Positions 1 to 8,770 of a stretch of DNA of 22,997 nucleotides are shown piece by piece. The stretch's first letter is position 1; each line of letters opens with the position of its first letter. Source of the stretch: an uncultured virus (IMG/VR IMGVR_UViG_3300042467_002204) (taxonomy: Duplodnaviria; Heunggongvirae; Uroviricota; Caudoviricetes); IMG/VR virus record IMGVR_UViG_3300042467_002204. One strand, written 5' to 3'. A model generated the notes under the pieces. That model was given only the letters and a program-made list of their open reading frames with translations. It did not search any database and was not told the origin of the DNA. The position numbers were made by a program, and so were the translations under genes.

Positions 1-1
1 C

Positions 2-340
2 AAAGACGTTATTAAAGCAGTTCTGGAGCAGGAGATTCCCACGGCTGAGCGTGTACTGAACGATGCACGGAGAGCAGCGACAGGAATCATGGCTGAGTAC
101 AGCGCTGTGCACGCCAGACATCAAGCCAGGGGTTTGGGCGATCTGAATGACATGGTTATCCAGCTTCGTAAGTTTCACAAAGATATGTCTACAGTTCACG
201 AGAAAGTGAACGAGGTTTTAGACGGAAACAAATTTAAAATGTCAGTAACCGTTCGAGCGAACGGAGTCAAACTTACACGACAACTTCAAACTCACTGCGA
301 AACCCTGGCTAAATCAATCAACGACCTTACAACATCATGA
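2..340 (+). CDS. 3' part of a gene truncated by the window edge; probably a MoxR/RavA-like AAA+ ATPase
   Basis: The frame is open from base 2 (KDVIKAVLEQEIPTAERVLNDARRAATGIM...), so the ATG at 89 is probably internal. It overlaps the vWA gene by ATGA. The MoxR identity is inferred only from the usual MoxR-vWA pairing; no Walker motifs lie in the window. Confidence 0.55.
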   Translation, partial: KDVIKAVLEQEIPTAERVLNDARRAATGIMAEYSAVHARHQARGLGDLNDMVIQLRKFHKDMSTVHEKVNEVLDGNKFKMSVTVRANGVKLTRQLQTHCETLAKSINDLTTS

Positions 341-1893
341 ACTTCTCTCTCGAAACTAAAACCGAACTGATCCACCTTGTAGACAATGCCCCTCTTACTC
401 TGGCGTGCTCAGCTCTTGCTGATTTTCTCTGGGATGATTTTGTTCGTGAAGCTCGTCCATCAGTAAAGTATCTCATCGAGAAATACAACATTAAACAGCT
501 TTCACGTTTCGGGAAAGAACTATTTGAGCGCTTGTATAACGCAGACAGTGTTAAATGGTTAGTATCTGAAGAAGACTACGAGAACTATTACAGGAAAGTA
601 TGTAACGGAGAAAAAACAGATCTGCCTGAGGGATACAAACCTGAGAATGGTTTCTGGTGGGCGATTATGTCTGAGCTCAGCCAAGCTGCAGCGTGGGGAG
701 AACTTCTTAAAAGAAGTTATGGTTCTCAATTCAACGCAGGTAACAACGCAATCAATATCCTTAACGAGCTGTCTGAATACATTGAACAGCTTATTGAATC
801 TCAATCAGTTGACATCGAACTGTTAACTCAAAGCGGTGAAGAACTAGAAAAACTCAGGCAAAAATTCAAAGACGCGATTAAAGCTGGAGATAAAGCCACA
901 GCGGCAAAAGCTAGGCAGGATGGCAAGGAGTTAAATCAAAAACTGACTGAAGAAATTCAAAAGGCTCAGCAGTTGGTACAGGCACAAGTAGATAACGTTG
1001 TTGACGGTGCAGTAAAAAGCAATGACGAGATGTCTGAGAACATGAGCAATATGTATGGAGATAACGAAGGCTCGCTTTCGGAAACAACAGATTTAAACGA
1101 GAAGAAAGCTTTAGCTAAAAAGCTGGAGCAAAGTAAGCACTTAAGGGAAATCGCTAAGAAGTTGGGTGCGTTGAAACGCGCTTGGATAATGAGGAAGCGA
1201 CAGAAAAAAATTACAGCATCATACGAATCAATTACTGGAGCTCGTTATGGAAACGATTTAACGAAAGCTTTTCCTAGCGAGATTGCACTAGCGAATACGC
1301 CAGAAGGCAAAGCTCTTTTTGCTCTTAAATACTCGCAAAAGACACTGTTTATTAAGGACTACACCGCCACGGCAAAAGATCTAGCGAAAGGACCTGTGGT
1401 TATGTATGTCGACGTGTCGGGTTCGATGCTGGGAGAATCAGAGCTCTGGAGTAAAGCCGTTATGTTTGTTGTGGCGGAGAAAGCGTTGAAGGAAAAGCGA
1501 AGTGTACACGTTTATTTGTTCGATACAGCTATTAAAAGTGAAACTGTATTGGATTCCGTTAGGAAGAACAACAGTGAACTACTTGATCTAGTGGGACGAA
1601 GAGTCTCCGGCGGAGGTACAGCATTTAATTGTGTCATTTCCCACGCGCTCAACAATGCCGAGCTGGACGATCGTGCTGACATCCTCATGATCACGGATGG
1701 GCATTCAGACGTAAACCCTAAACTACTAAAAAGGTTGGAGGAATTCAAAAACAGTACAGGTACTCAATGGTCCACCATTTGTATTGGAGACTCAATGCCT
1801 TCTGTCTGTAAATCTTTTAGCGACGAAGTGTTCACGGTTGATATCCGCAATCAGAATGAAACGGTCGATGCCCTTTTGAAATGCGTTCGATGA
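337..1893 (+). CDS. vWA (MIDAS) domain protein, ViaA/CoxE-like
   Basis: C-terminal vWA domain: GPVVMYVDVSGSM (DxSxS), GGGTAF (MIDAS Thr), DILMITDG (MIDAS Asp). Preceded by a long helical/coiled-coil region. Confidence 0.88.
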   Translation: MNFSLETKTELIHLVDNAPLTLACSALADFLWDDFVREARPSVKYLIEKYNIKQLSRFGKELFERLYNADSVKWLVSEEDYENYYRKVCNGEKTDLPEGYKPENGFWWAIMSELSQAAAWGELLKRSYGSQFNAGNNAINILNELSEYIEQLIESQSVDIELLTQSGEELEKLRQKFKDAIKAGDKATAAKARQDGKELNQKLTEEIQKAQQLVQAQVDNVVDGAVKSNDEMSENMSNMYGDNEGSLSETTDLNEKKALAKKLEQSKHLREIAKKLGALKRAWIMRKRQKKITASYESITGARYGNDLTKAFPSEIALANTPEGKALFALKYSQKTLFIKDYTATAKDLAKGPVVMYVDVSGSMLGESELWSKAVMFVVAEKALKEKRSVHVYLFDTAIKSETVLDSVRKNNSELLDLVGRRVSGGGTAFNCVISHALNNAELDDRADILMITDGHSDVNPKLLKRLEEFKNSTGTQWSTICIGDSMPSVCKSFSDEVFTVDIRNQNETVDALLKCVR

Positions 1894-2135
1894 ACGACAC
1901 TAGAAAACTAGGCAACATTTTAAATGAAATTGAACAAGTAAGTAACTCCTATAAAGAAAGAGTTAACAAGGTTGCTGGGATTGCTTCGTTTGACGCGCCT
2001 TATGTAACTGAATCGAATATGCCTGAAAGCGCTCAAATAGGAGACTTTTGGTACTGTTTAAACAGACAAGAACTATTTATTTGTAATGGTGTTGTAAACG
2101 GAACCCCAAAGTGGAGCTCCATTTATGTCGACTGA
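1890..2135 (+). CDS. hypothetical protein
   Basis: ATG at 1890 forms an ATGA overlap with the vWA stop (1891-1893), so it is preferred over 1881. Contains PESAQIGDFWY...ELFI. Confidence 0.65.
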   Translation: MNDTRKLGNILNEIEQVSNSYKERVNKVAGIASFDAPYVTESNMPESAQIGDFWYCLNRQELFICNGVVNGTPKWSSIYVD

Positions 2136-2520
2136 AATAGAGGAGTTAGTAAAAGAGTACGGTGGCTCTGTATTGGAGTTCGACAAACTTTGCCGTTGGT
2201 TACTGACTTGTCTCTTCTTTAAATCCAAAAGTCCATCAGTGTTTTATCGAAGCACTTTAATAAAATGCGACGGTACAAATAATACGTTCAACTTAATTTA
2301 TTCGAATTATGAGCACGCCCTCTGGAAGGAAAAACAGATATCGATTGTTGACTACACAAAAAACCTATACGGTATGGAATGCTTTACCGCATTGGAACAA
2401 GTTTGCATTTTAGACCTCGAAGATAAAAAATTTATAAGTTTGGAAATAGCCAGAGACATAAACAGCTGGATAGACGCCAATCATGAAGAGCTTCAAACCC
2501 TACAGGATTGTAAAACTTAA
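2125..2520 (+). CDS. hypothetical protein
   Basis: 131-aa ORF overlapping the previous gene by 11 nt; no recognisable motif. Confidence 0.65.
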   Translation: MSTEIEELVKEYGGSVLEFDKLCRWLLTCLFFKSKSPSVFYRSTLIKCDGTNNTFNLIYSNYEHALWKEKQISIVDYTKNLYGMECFTALEQVCILDLEDKKFISLEIARDINSWIDANHEELQTLQDCKT

Positions 2521-2546
2521 ATAAAAATTAAATCCGCACTCGCCCC

Positions 2547-2575
2547 TAGACAACCCTTTCACAGGTTAGTATTGT
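2547..2575 (+). promoter_or_regulatory. sigma70-type promoter
   Basis: TAGACA (2547-2552), 17-nt spacer, TATTGT (2570-2575); AT-rich tract upstream; ATG at 2598. Confidence 0.6.
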
Positions 2576-2597
2576 TCACACGTCATCCCTTATTGAC

Positions 2598-3383
2598 ATG
2601 ACTATCCAATTCCTTTTGCAAGACCTGCCTCTTGATCGCAACGAGGTTCTAGCTTTGATGGAACCTAGCCTGGGAGGTAACTCAAAGCCTATCAAAGTCG
2701 ATCTCAGCGAGTTTATTGTAGGCAGCTTCACAGACAGCCAGAAGTTGTTTGAGATGGCTGTCAAAAACAACAACAAGGGTTTGGTGGACATTGCGTGGAA
2801 GATAGCGATGAACACTCGTAAAACTCCCACGGTGGCTGTAAAAACCCCTAAAAAAGTTCTCTCAAAAGTTACCAAAAACTTCGAGAAAACTAACGATTCG
2901 GTAAAGGTTGAGGACCTTATCGAGAAGTTAAATTCGCACCAATCAAATTGGGCGACAGGCGCTGCCATGTTGCTTCAGGCAACCAGCAAGGGGGAGTGGA
3001 AAACCCTTAAAGAAATCGCTTGCGATTTTGTAAACAATAACTCCTTTAACCCTTCGTCTCTGAATTACAAAGGGTTTGAGCTTAATCGATACAACGGCCT
3101 GTACGAACCGGTAGAGCTGCGACCGTCAATCGAACGCAAGCTCACGTTCCATGTTTCGCCGCTGTACATCGGTTTGCGTGAAGGTCTGATCTGGTGCCGC
3201 AAACACGGGTTGGTGCAGCAAAAGAACGGGATTTCTTACGGTTCTACTACATCAACGGGATCCAGCATCAATCAAATGCAACGTGTGTTTTATAAGGTTA
3301 AAGCTACGGAGCGAGGCGAAGAGCTTGTTAAGCTCTGGGCAGACATTAATGATTATGTCATGAACTTCTGCATGGCTCGCTGA
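2598..3383 (+). CDS. hypothetical protein, possibly with a C-terminal winged-helix DNA-binding domain
   Basis: 261-aa basic ORF between a promoter and a terminator. The C-terminal LIWCRKHGLVQ...FYKVKATERGEELV is reminiscent of a wHTH wing (weak). Confidence 0.7.
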   Translation: MTIQFLLQDLPLDRNEVLALMEPSLGGNSKPIKVDLSEFIVGSFTDSQKLFEMAVKNNNKGLVDIAWKIAMNTRKTPTVAVKTPKKVLSKVTKNFEKTNDSVKVEDLIEKLNSHQSNWATGAAMLLQATSKGEWKTLKEIACDFVNNNSFNPSSLNYKGFELNRYNGLYEPVELRPSIERKLTFHVSPLYIGLREGLIWCRKHGLVQQKNGISYGSTTSTGSSINQMQRVFYKVKATERGEELVKLWADINDYVMNFCMAR

Positions 3384-3405
3384 ACAGTCCTAAACCACTA
3401 TCATC

Positions 3406-3434
3406 AGCTCCTCGCCTGTCGGGGAGCTTTTTTT
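3406..3434 (+). terminator. Rho-independent terminator
   Basis: AGCTCCTCG-CCTGT-CGGGGAGCT (9-bp stem with one G:U) followed by a T run. Confidence 0.8.
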
Positions 3435-3438
3435 CTCC

Positions 3439-5334
3439 ATGAAAACTGTTTATCTGACAAACGATCAGGAAGCACAGCAGGCTATTTGTGAACTCCAGCC
3501 GAAATTAAAGCTCTGCCTTGATACTGAAACCACAGGGCTCCAAGCTGGAATTGCAAAAATACGCTTACTTCAAGTTTGCGAAGCAGATCCTACCGTCGAA
3601 GATCGAACAGTTTACGTCTTTGATTTATTTAAATTAAATGTATCCGAAGAACTTAAACGCCTAATTGAATCCAGAGAGTTACTGGTTCTACACAACGCCA
3701 ACTTTGACTTACAGTTTTTGTATTTATTAGGTATTGATTATAGAAACAAAGTATTCGATACATACATTGCCGAACGTGTGTTACGAGCAGGATTTAAAGA
3801 GAAAAAAGTATCACCGCAAAAGAACAAACCTTATTTTGCTGACATCTCGTGTTCTCTAAAAGCTGTAGCAGAAAGGCGATTAGAACTTGAGATAGATAAA
3901 GAACAGCGACTTACTGATTGGAGTCAACCTGAATTGACTCTTGAGCAAATCGAATACGCCTCCAAAGACGTTGATATTCTGCCCGCAATTGCTGCAGGTC
4001 AGTTGCAGGAAATGAAAGAAGAAAACCTTTTAGACATTTACACGTTGGAATCAAAGTGTATTCGCCCAGTAGCAAAAATGTGCTACAGAGGATTTAATGT
4101 AGATGTTACAAAATTAAAGGCATTAAAAAGTAAAATAACAGAAGACTTAAATGCAGTTAATACTGAGTTCGTAGAGAGTTTAGATAGACGTTTACCAGTA
4201 GAAAAGAAGCTGCCACGTGGGGAGAATGGTTCGGTTCTTATCGGTAAAAAAGCAGGTAAAGAATTTAACCCCGGCTCCACTGCACAAGTAATTTCTGCGT
4301 TTACTGAAGCGGGAATCGAACTTCCCGTAAACGCAGACACAGGTAAATTTACCTTAAATCAAATTGCGTTATCCGAGTTTGACAGCCAGGACCCAACTTT
4401 GAATCTATATAGAGAACGAGCAAAAATAGAAACGCGTTTAGAGCACGTAGACAAATTAATAGACAACGTTAACCCTGTTACACATAGGATTCATTCTGGA
4501 TACAATCAGTTCGGAGCTAACTCTGGAAGATTTACGAGTAGCGGATCCCCTAAAGTCGCGAAAACAAAAACCAAAACCGTCTTTGGTGTAAACATTCAAC
4601 AGATACCTCGGTCAAAAGACTTCAGAGAAATTTTTACAGCTACAAAAGGATTCAAGCTCGTTATTTGCGATTGGGCGCAGATCGAGCTGAGGCTTGGCGC
4701 CGAATTGATTAATATCCCTCAGATGAAAAAAGCGTTTAACGAGAACATAGATTTGCACATTTTGACAGCTAGTTTGATTTACAAAAAAGACATTAAAGAA
4801 GTTACGAAAGAGGAACGACAAGACGGTAAAACTCTGAACTTCGCGCTTCAGTACGGTATGGGTTTTAGAAAATACAAGACATATGCAGCTCAAAGCGGAA
4901 AGATAATCTCGTTGTCTGAAGCCAAGGTGGCGCACGCAGCGTTCCATGCGGCATACCCACGGCTGCGGGAGTGGCACCAGGAGCGAGCTGCTCTGGTCAC
5001 TGACGGCTGGGCTTTTACTCGAACAGCCTGTGGCCGTAGAAGACTGCTGAGCTACGACGATGCCACAATGATGTGTAGCGCCAACACGCTCATACAAGGA
5101 TCGGGAGCGGACATTTTAAAAATTGCTATTGCAGAACTTAATCAGTATCTAAATGACGAAGCGTACATGGTGGCGTGTGTACACGACGAAATAGTTCTAG
5201 AAGTAATAGAGCACAAGGCAGAAGAATATAAAAATCTTTTAGAAAAAATTATGGTTGAAGCAGCACAGAAGGTTTTGAAGACTGTTCCGTCAGTTGCAGA
5301 TGCTAATGTAGGCGACTCATGGGCAGCAAAGTAA
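3439..5334 (+). CDS. polA: family A DNA polymerase (3'-5' exonuclease + polymerase, no 5'-3' exonuclease)
   Basis: ExoI DTETTG, ExoII HNANFD, ExoIII YASKDVD, SGRFTSS, NIQQIPR, motif A DWAQIELR, motif B RQDGKTLNFALQYG, NTLIQGSGADILK, motif C VHDEI. Confidence 0.97.
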   Translation: MKTVYLTNDQEAQQAICELQPKLKLCLDTETTGLQAGIAKIRLLQVCEADPTVEDRTVYVFDLFKLNVSEELKRLIESRELLVLHNANFDLQFLYLLGIDYRNKVFDTYIAERVLRAGFKEKKVSPQKNKPYFADISCSLKAVAERRLELEIDKEQRLTDWSQPELTLEQIEYASKDVDILPAIAAGQLQEMKEENLLDIYTLESKCIRPVAKMCYRGFNVDVTKLKALKSKITEDLNAVNTEFVESLDRRLPVEKKLPRGENGSVLIGKKAGKEFNPGSTAQVISAFTEAGIELPVNADTGKFTLNQIALSEFDSQDPTLNLYRERAKIETRLEHVDKLIDNVNPVTHRIHSGYNQFGANSGRFTSSGSPKVAKTKTKTVFGVNIQQIPRSKDFREIFTATKGFKLVICDWAQIELRLGAELINIPQMKKAFNENIDLHILTASLIYKKDIKEVTKEERQDGKTLNFALQYGMGFRKYKTYAAQSGKIISLSEAKVAHAAFHAAYPRLREWHQERAALVTDGWAFTRTACGRRRLLSYDDATMMCSANTLIQGSGADILKIAIAELNQYLNDEAYMVACVHDEIVLEVIEHKAEEYKNLLEKIMVEAAQKVLKTVPSVADANVGDSWAAK

Positions 5335-5843
5335 TGTCCGATTTCCTTTTAGAACTTCCTAAGTCCCCCGAAAAAGAGATTTTTACCGTTAGGCACGGAG
5401 ATAAATACTTTGGTGTCATTACCGGTGAAAGTTCCCTCTATGTGCTGAAAGAGGAATTCGATTCTCCATTACGTGCTAGTAACCACGCCAGGTCGTTAAA
5501 ACGGCAACACAAAATCAAAACGCTCATTAAAAACGAAAAAAATACTTTCGTAACTACAAATACGTTTAAACTGCTAAGGAACTCTCGACTCTACACCGAA
5601 GCCGAGATGGCCTCGCAGACTGGTTTAAAATTTAGAGAGGTTTGGATTATTGTAAGTCCTAAAGGAGAGTTTGTAAGCACTATGCTTTCAGACCAGACTG
5701 TAGTTACTTATGTAAAGGATAAAGACTTAGCAAAGACGTATAGAACATACGAAGAAGCGATCTTAAATTTAAAAACTTTGGACATGGTGGTTAAACGGGG
5801 GCACTCACTTAGAAGATTTTTTGAAAGGAACGACAGAGCATAA
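5334..5843 (+). CDS. hypothetical protein
   Basis: TAATG overlap with the polA stop puts the likely start at 5334 (MSDFLLELPK...), in frame with the track ORF from 5319. Confidence 0.7.
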   Translation: MSDFLLELPKSPEKEIFTVRHGDKYFGVITGESSLYVLKEEFDSPLRASNHARSLKRQHKIKTLIKNEKNTFVTTNTFKLLRNSRLYTEAEMASQTGLKFREVWIIVSPKGEFVSTMLSDQTVVTYVKDKDLAKTYRTYEEAILNLKTLDMVVKRGHSLRRFFERNDRA

Positions 5844-5879
5844 ACGCGTTTATAATCGAGTTAGACGTGTTTTAAGTTT

Positions 5880-6728
5880 GTGGCTTCCCGCAGAGTTAGC
5901 GTAAATTTAGCTGGTAGGGCTTTCGGCATAGATTTACCGAGTTTTGAAGCTGAAGATAACTCTGCGGAAACACAGTCGATATTAAGTGACTATTTTCCGG
6001 AACTTAAACTGACGTTTGGTAGTAAGTCTCAGAGAGGAGGTCGTTTAGGTCGTCAAACAGTATCGGTGACACCAGAAATATCATTAAGACAGCGAGAAGC
6101 TGCAGCAGCCGGTTCAGCTGCGCCTATCAGCACAAGTGTGCAACAACCTGCACCCACTCCGGCTCCCACGCCGACGCGGGAAAAACGTATTCCTACGACT
6201 GAATTTGGTCAAAGTTCCACTTATTTCGGTGGAGAAGACTACTGGCGCAATATCGAACGTGGTGTTACTCCGCAAGAAATTAAAGACTGGGCTCAAAGTA
6301 ACCCTCAATTATTTAGGGAACAAAATGTTAAAGGTAACCAAGAAGGTTTATACGAACAAATTATGAGAGGTAATGTTCGCGTTGAGTCAGCATTAACTTC
6401 GCAGCAGTCTGCACCTAAGCCAGCACCAGCTCCTACGCCTACTCCTGCACCAACTCCGACTGCGGCGCCTAAATTCGAGAACCCCCTGCAGACTCAAGAA
6501 TTCAGGTCTGCTTCCACAGCGCCTACAACAAAAGGTCCTATTTCTGCTGCATACGGTATCGATCCAGGTTATTTCGGCGGTGAAGACATTACAGCAGCAA
6601 AAAATCAAGGTTATACAGCACAAGAAATTTTTGATTACATTGATCGAAATCAAAATCTTCTTCGAGAGCAGAATGTAAAAGGAAAAGGAGGTCTCTACGA
6701 CATGTTGAAACAGGAAGCCGGACGGTAA
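5880..6728 (+). CDS. protein with two ~55-aa repeated domains and Pro/Ala/Thr linkers
   Basis: GTG start with TATAAT at 5851-5856. Repeats YFGGED...TPQEIKDW...LFREQNVKG...GLYE and YFGGED...TAQEIFDY...LLREQNVKG...GLYD, each preceded by a PAPTPAPTPT linker. Confidence 0.8.
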   Translation: MASRRVSVNLAGRAFGIDLPSFEAEDNSAETQSILSDYFPELKLTFGSKSQRGGRLGRQTVSVTPEISLRQREAAAAGSAAPISTSVQQPAPTPAPTPTREKRIPTTEFGQSSTYFGGEDYWRNIERGVTPQEIKDWAQSNPQLFREQNVKGNQEGLYEQIMRGNVRVESALTSQQSAPKPAPAPTPTPAPTPTAAPKFENPLQTQEFRSASTAPTTKGPISAAYGIDPGYFGGEDITAAKNQGYTAQEIFDYIDRNQNLLREQNVKGKGGLYDMLKQEAGR

Positions 6729-6736
6729 TTCAACCT

Positions 6737-7306
6737 TTGACAAACGAATATACGCTACTGTTGCAAAAAAACAATAGTAAGCTTTTAATACCTTTAAAAG
6801 CTTTTGATACTAACCACGCGCAAGCGCAGGCAAAAGACATACTTAGAGCACTAAATACAACCGAATTTAATCTTATTTATGAAAAAGCTAAAAGCACTAG
6901 ATTATCGATTTTGTTTAAAAAGTTGGCTTTTAATGATTTCTGCAATTCAGAGTGTTTTGAGTGGGATGGAACTCGCACTAACAAATGCCCTTGTGTTTAT
7001 GTTTTTTCAAGTCGGTTGTATATAAAGGATGTGATTTTGCGTTATTTAGACATACCTAAAGAACGGTCCTACGCTAAAAATAGATGTAATAATACACGGT
7101 GTATAAATCCGTATCATTTTGAATATCACACAACCAAGAATTCAAAACTTACTTGCGGTGACACCAAACTTCTCCTAGCCTATCGGGGCCAAGGAACTGG
7201 GGTAAACCAGATCGCCGAGGCCCTAAACGTCCATCGTTCAACAATTTACAGAAAACTAAAAAATGAACGTCTTTCTTCTGGGTCTGCGAATCACAGCAGA
7301 AGCTGA
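6737..7306 (+). CDS. degenerate HNH (zinc-binding loop) domain fused to a C-terminal helix-turn-helix
   Basis: CFEWDG...RCNNTRCINPYHF follows the CWxWxG...HxCxNxxCxNPxHL pattern but lacks the catalytic His. GTGVNQIAEALNVHRSTIYRKLK is a resolvase/Fis-like HTH. Confidence 0.7.
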   Translation: MTNEYTLLLQKNNSKLLIPLKAFDTNHAQAQAKDILRALNTTEFNLIYEKAKSTRLSILFKKLAFNDFCNSECFEWDGTRTNKCPCVYVFSSRLYIKDVILRYLDIPKERSYAKNRCNNTRCINPYHFEYHTTKNSKLTCGDTKLLLAYRGQGTGVNQIAEALNVHRSTIYRKLKNERLSSGSANHSRS

Positions 7307-7907
7307 TGAGAATGAAGGAGTTTTAAACGTCCTTGCTGAATCACTACCAGCAAGCGACAAAAGAGTTCCTACAAAAGTCCAACTGCTTCAACAAAAAAAT
7401 CATTATGTAGGCAAACTTCTTAAGGAGCTTAAAGAAAACCAAACAGTATTAGCCATTGGTCCCACGCGGCCAACCATCGATGGTGTTCTTCAAATGCAAC
7501 CGATCCTGGTTGTGACAAACGAAAACTTTGACGATCTTCTGGCCGTCAATCTTTTTATGATCACCGGGGGACTCGGACCTAAAGCCGATGAAGTGGAGCT
7601 TAACGACACCACGGTGACAAACCGTTCGTTGGCTTGGCCAAACGAAAACGGCGAAACCTCGTGGGCAAAAGTTACCGCATGGGCTGAGCTTTCAAAACAA
7701 CTCTCCGAACTTGCTCCTGGAACGCCAACAATTGCCGTTGGTAAAGTTTCAACAAGCGAGAAAGACGAGAAGCTGTATTTGAACTATAACGTTGATAAAA
7801 TTATGTACCTTCCTAAGTCCTCTAAAACAACTCCTAAAAAAGCTGCTGATCCAGAAAAAGGAACAGTGGCTGCTGCTGCTCTCGGTTCTATTGATTTCTC
7901 CCTTTGA
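7263..7907 (+). CDS. ssb: single-stranded DNA-binding protein with two tandem OB folds
   Basis: The second half VNLFMITGGLG...VTNRSLA...TSWAKVTAW...LAPGTPTIAVGKV follows the SSB consensus. The first half MNVFLLG...LKENQTVLAIG is a diverged second copy. Flexible tail ending IDFSL. Confidence 0.72.
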   Translation: MNVFLLGLRITAEADENEGVLNVLAESLPASDKRVPTKVQLLQQKNHYVGKLLKELKENQTVLAIGPTRPTIDGVLQMQPILVVTNENFDDLLAVNLFMITGGLGPKADEVELNDTTVTNRSLAWPNENGETSWAKVTAWAELSKQLSELAPGTPTIAVGKVSTSEKDEKLYLNYNVDKIMYLPKSSKTTPKKAADPEKGTVAAAALGSIDFSL

Positions 7908-7923
7908 TTCGGACTAACTAACC

Positions 7924-8724
7924 ATGGTATTTATCGCTGGCAATTTTTCGGAAGACGAAATTCTTTGCAATCTTCCTCCGCACACTCTCCGTATTGATCT
8001 CCAAGCTCGTCGTTGGAAATCCGATGTTGATCCAGACTCAGCAATCGTAGATAAAAACGACAACGGTATTCCGATTGAATTTATCCTGATTGGTTTTACT
8101 CCTTATTTCGGTAACCTCGGAATGAGGAATCAAGAGGAGTTCATCCGTATCGCATACATCGGCGTATCTCCTAACCACAGGTTGCTTCCGCCTCGGTGTG
8201 TAACAACCTCGATGATCTCCGGCAAATCGAGTCAGAAGAACTTCATCTCCTATTTCCAAACCCTTTATAACAACCGCATTAACTGCGCGTCTGTTGTTAC
8301 GTCTTCGAAGTTTGTGACTCGCTCGTTTAACGAGAAGGACCCAATGACCGGAGCTGATGGAGCCAAAATTAATTTCAATGCTCTTGAATTCTCTGATCGT
8401 CCACCTGCTGACGATAAAGAGAAGGCTTTGATCGAAGATGTAAACACGTGGCTTAACGCAGATGGCGGAAACATGATCGCTGCTGCTCTTAAGTCCCACA
8501 TCCCTGGGGCCACCTTGGTGGAACTACCGCTAGGTGCAGACCACACCGCGATCAAAGCGGCGTTTGCAGAGTCCCATCCTTCTAGTGGTGAAAGGCAACT
8601 TGCCTCAGCCAACGAAGAAAAAGCTCTGCCTCCGGCTGCCGCTCCCAAACAGGAACCAGCAGCTTCCAAGAAAGCTGTTGAGCTTACCGAGGAACAAGCA
8701 AAAGCTTTGGGAATCGATTTCTAA
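7924..8724 (+). CDS. conserved hypothetical protein, candidate ssDNA-binding/annealing protein
   Basis: Directly follows ssb. Beta-rich core (LRIDLQARRW...IEFILIGFTPYFGNLG...FIRIAYIGV), then an Ala/Pro/Glu-rich tail ending LGIDF. Function is inferred. Confidence 0.6.
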   Translation: MVFIAGNFSEDEILCNLPPHTLRIDLQARRWKSDVDPDSAIVDKNDNGIPIEFILIGFTPYFGNLGMRNQEEFIRIAYIGVSPNHRLLPPRCVTTSMISGKSSQKNFISYFQTLYNNRINCASVVTSSKFVTRSFNEKDPMTGADGAKINFNALEFSDRPPADDKEKALIEDVNTWLNADGGNMIAAALKSHIPGATLVELPLGADHTAIKAAFAESHPSSGERQLASANEEKALPPAAAPKQEPAASKKAVELTEEQAKALGIDF

Positions 8725-8746
8725 CTCAGTAAGAGAGCATTAAACT

Positions 8747-8770
8747 GCGGGGTGCAAACCCCGCTTTTTT
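8747..8770 (+). terminator. Rho-independent terminator
   Basis: GCGGGGT-GCAA-ACCCCGC perfect 7-bp stem with a GNRA loop, followed by TTTTTT. Confidence 0.88.

Noticed and set aside
3439..5334. PolA as a Z-DNA (DpoZ) or other modified-base polymerase
   Set aside because: No purZ, datZ, mazZ or other base-modification genes in the window; one motif variant is not enough evidence.
6147..6470. Short CCN-rich tandem repeats
   Set aside because: They encode PAPT linkers with synonymous variation; no repeat-spacer structure.
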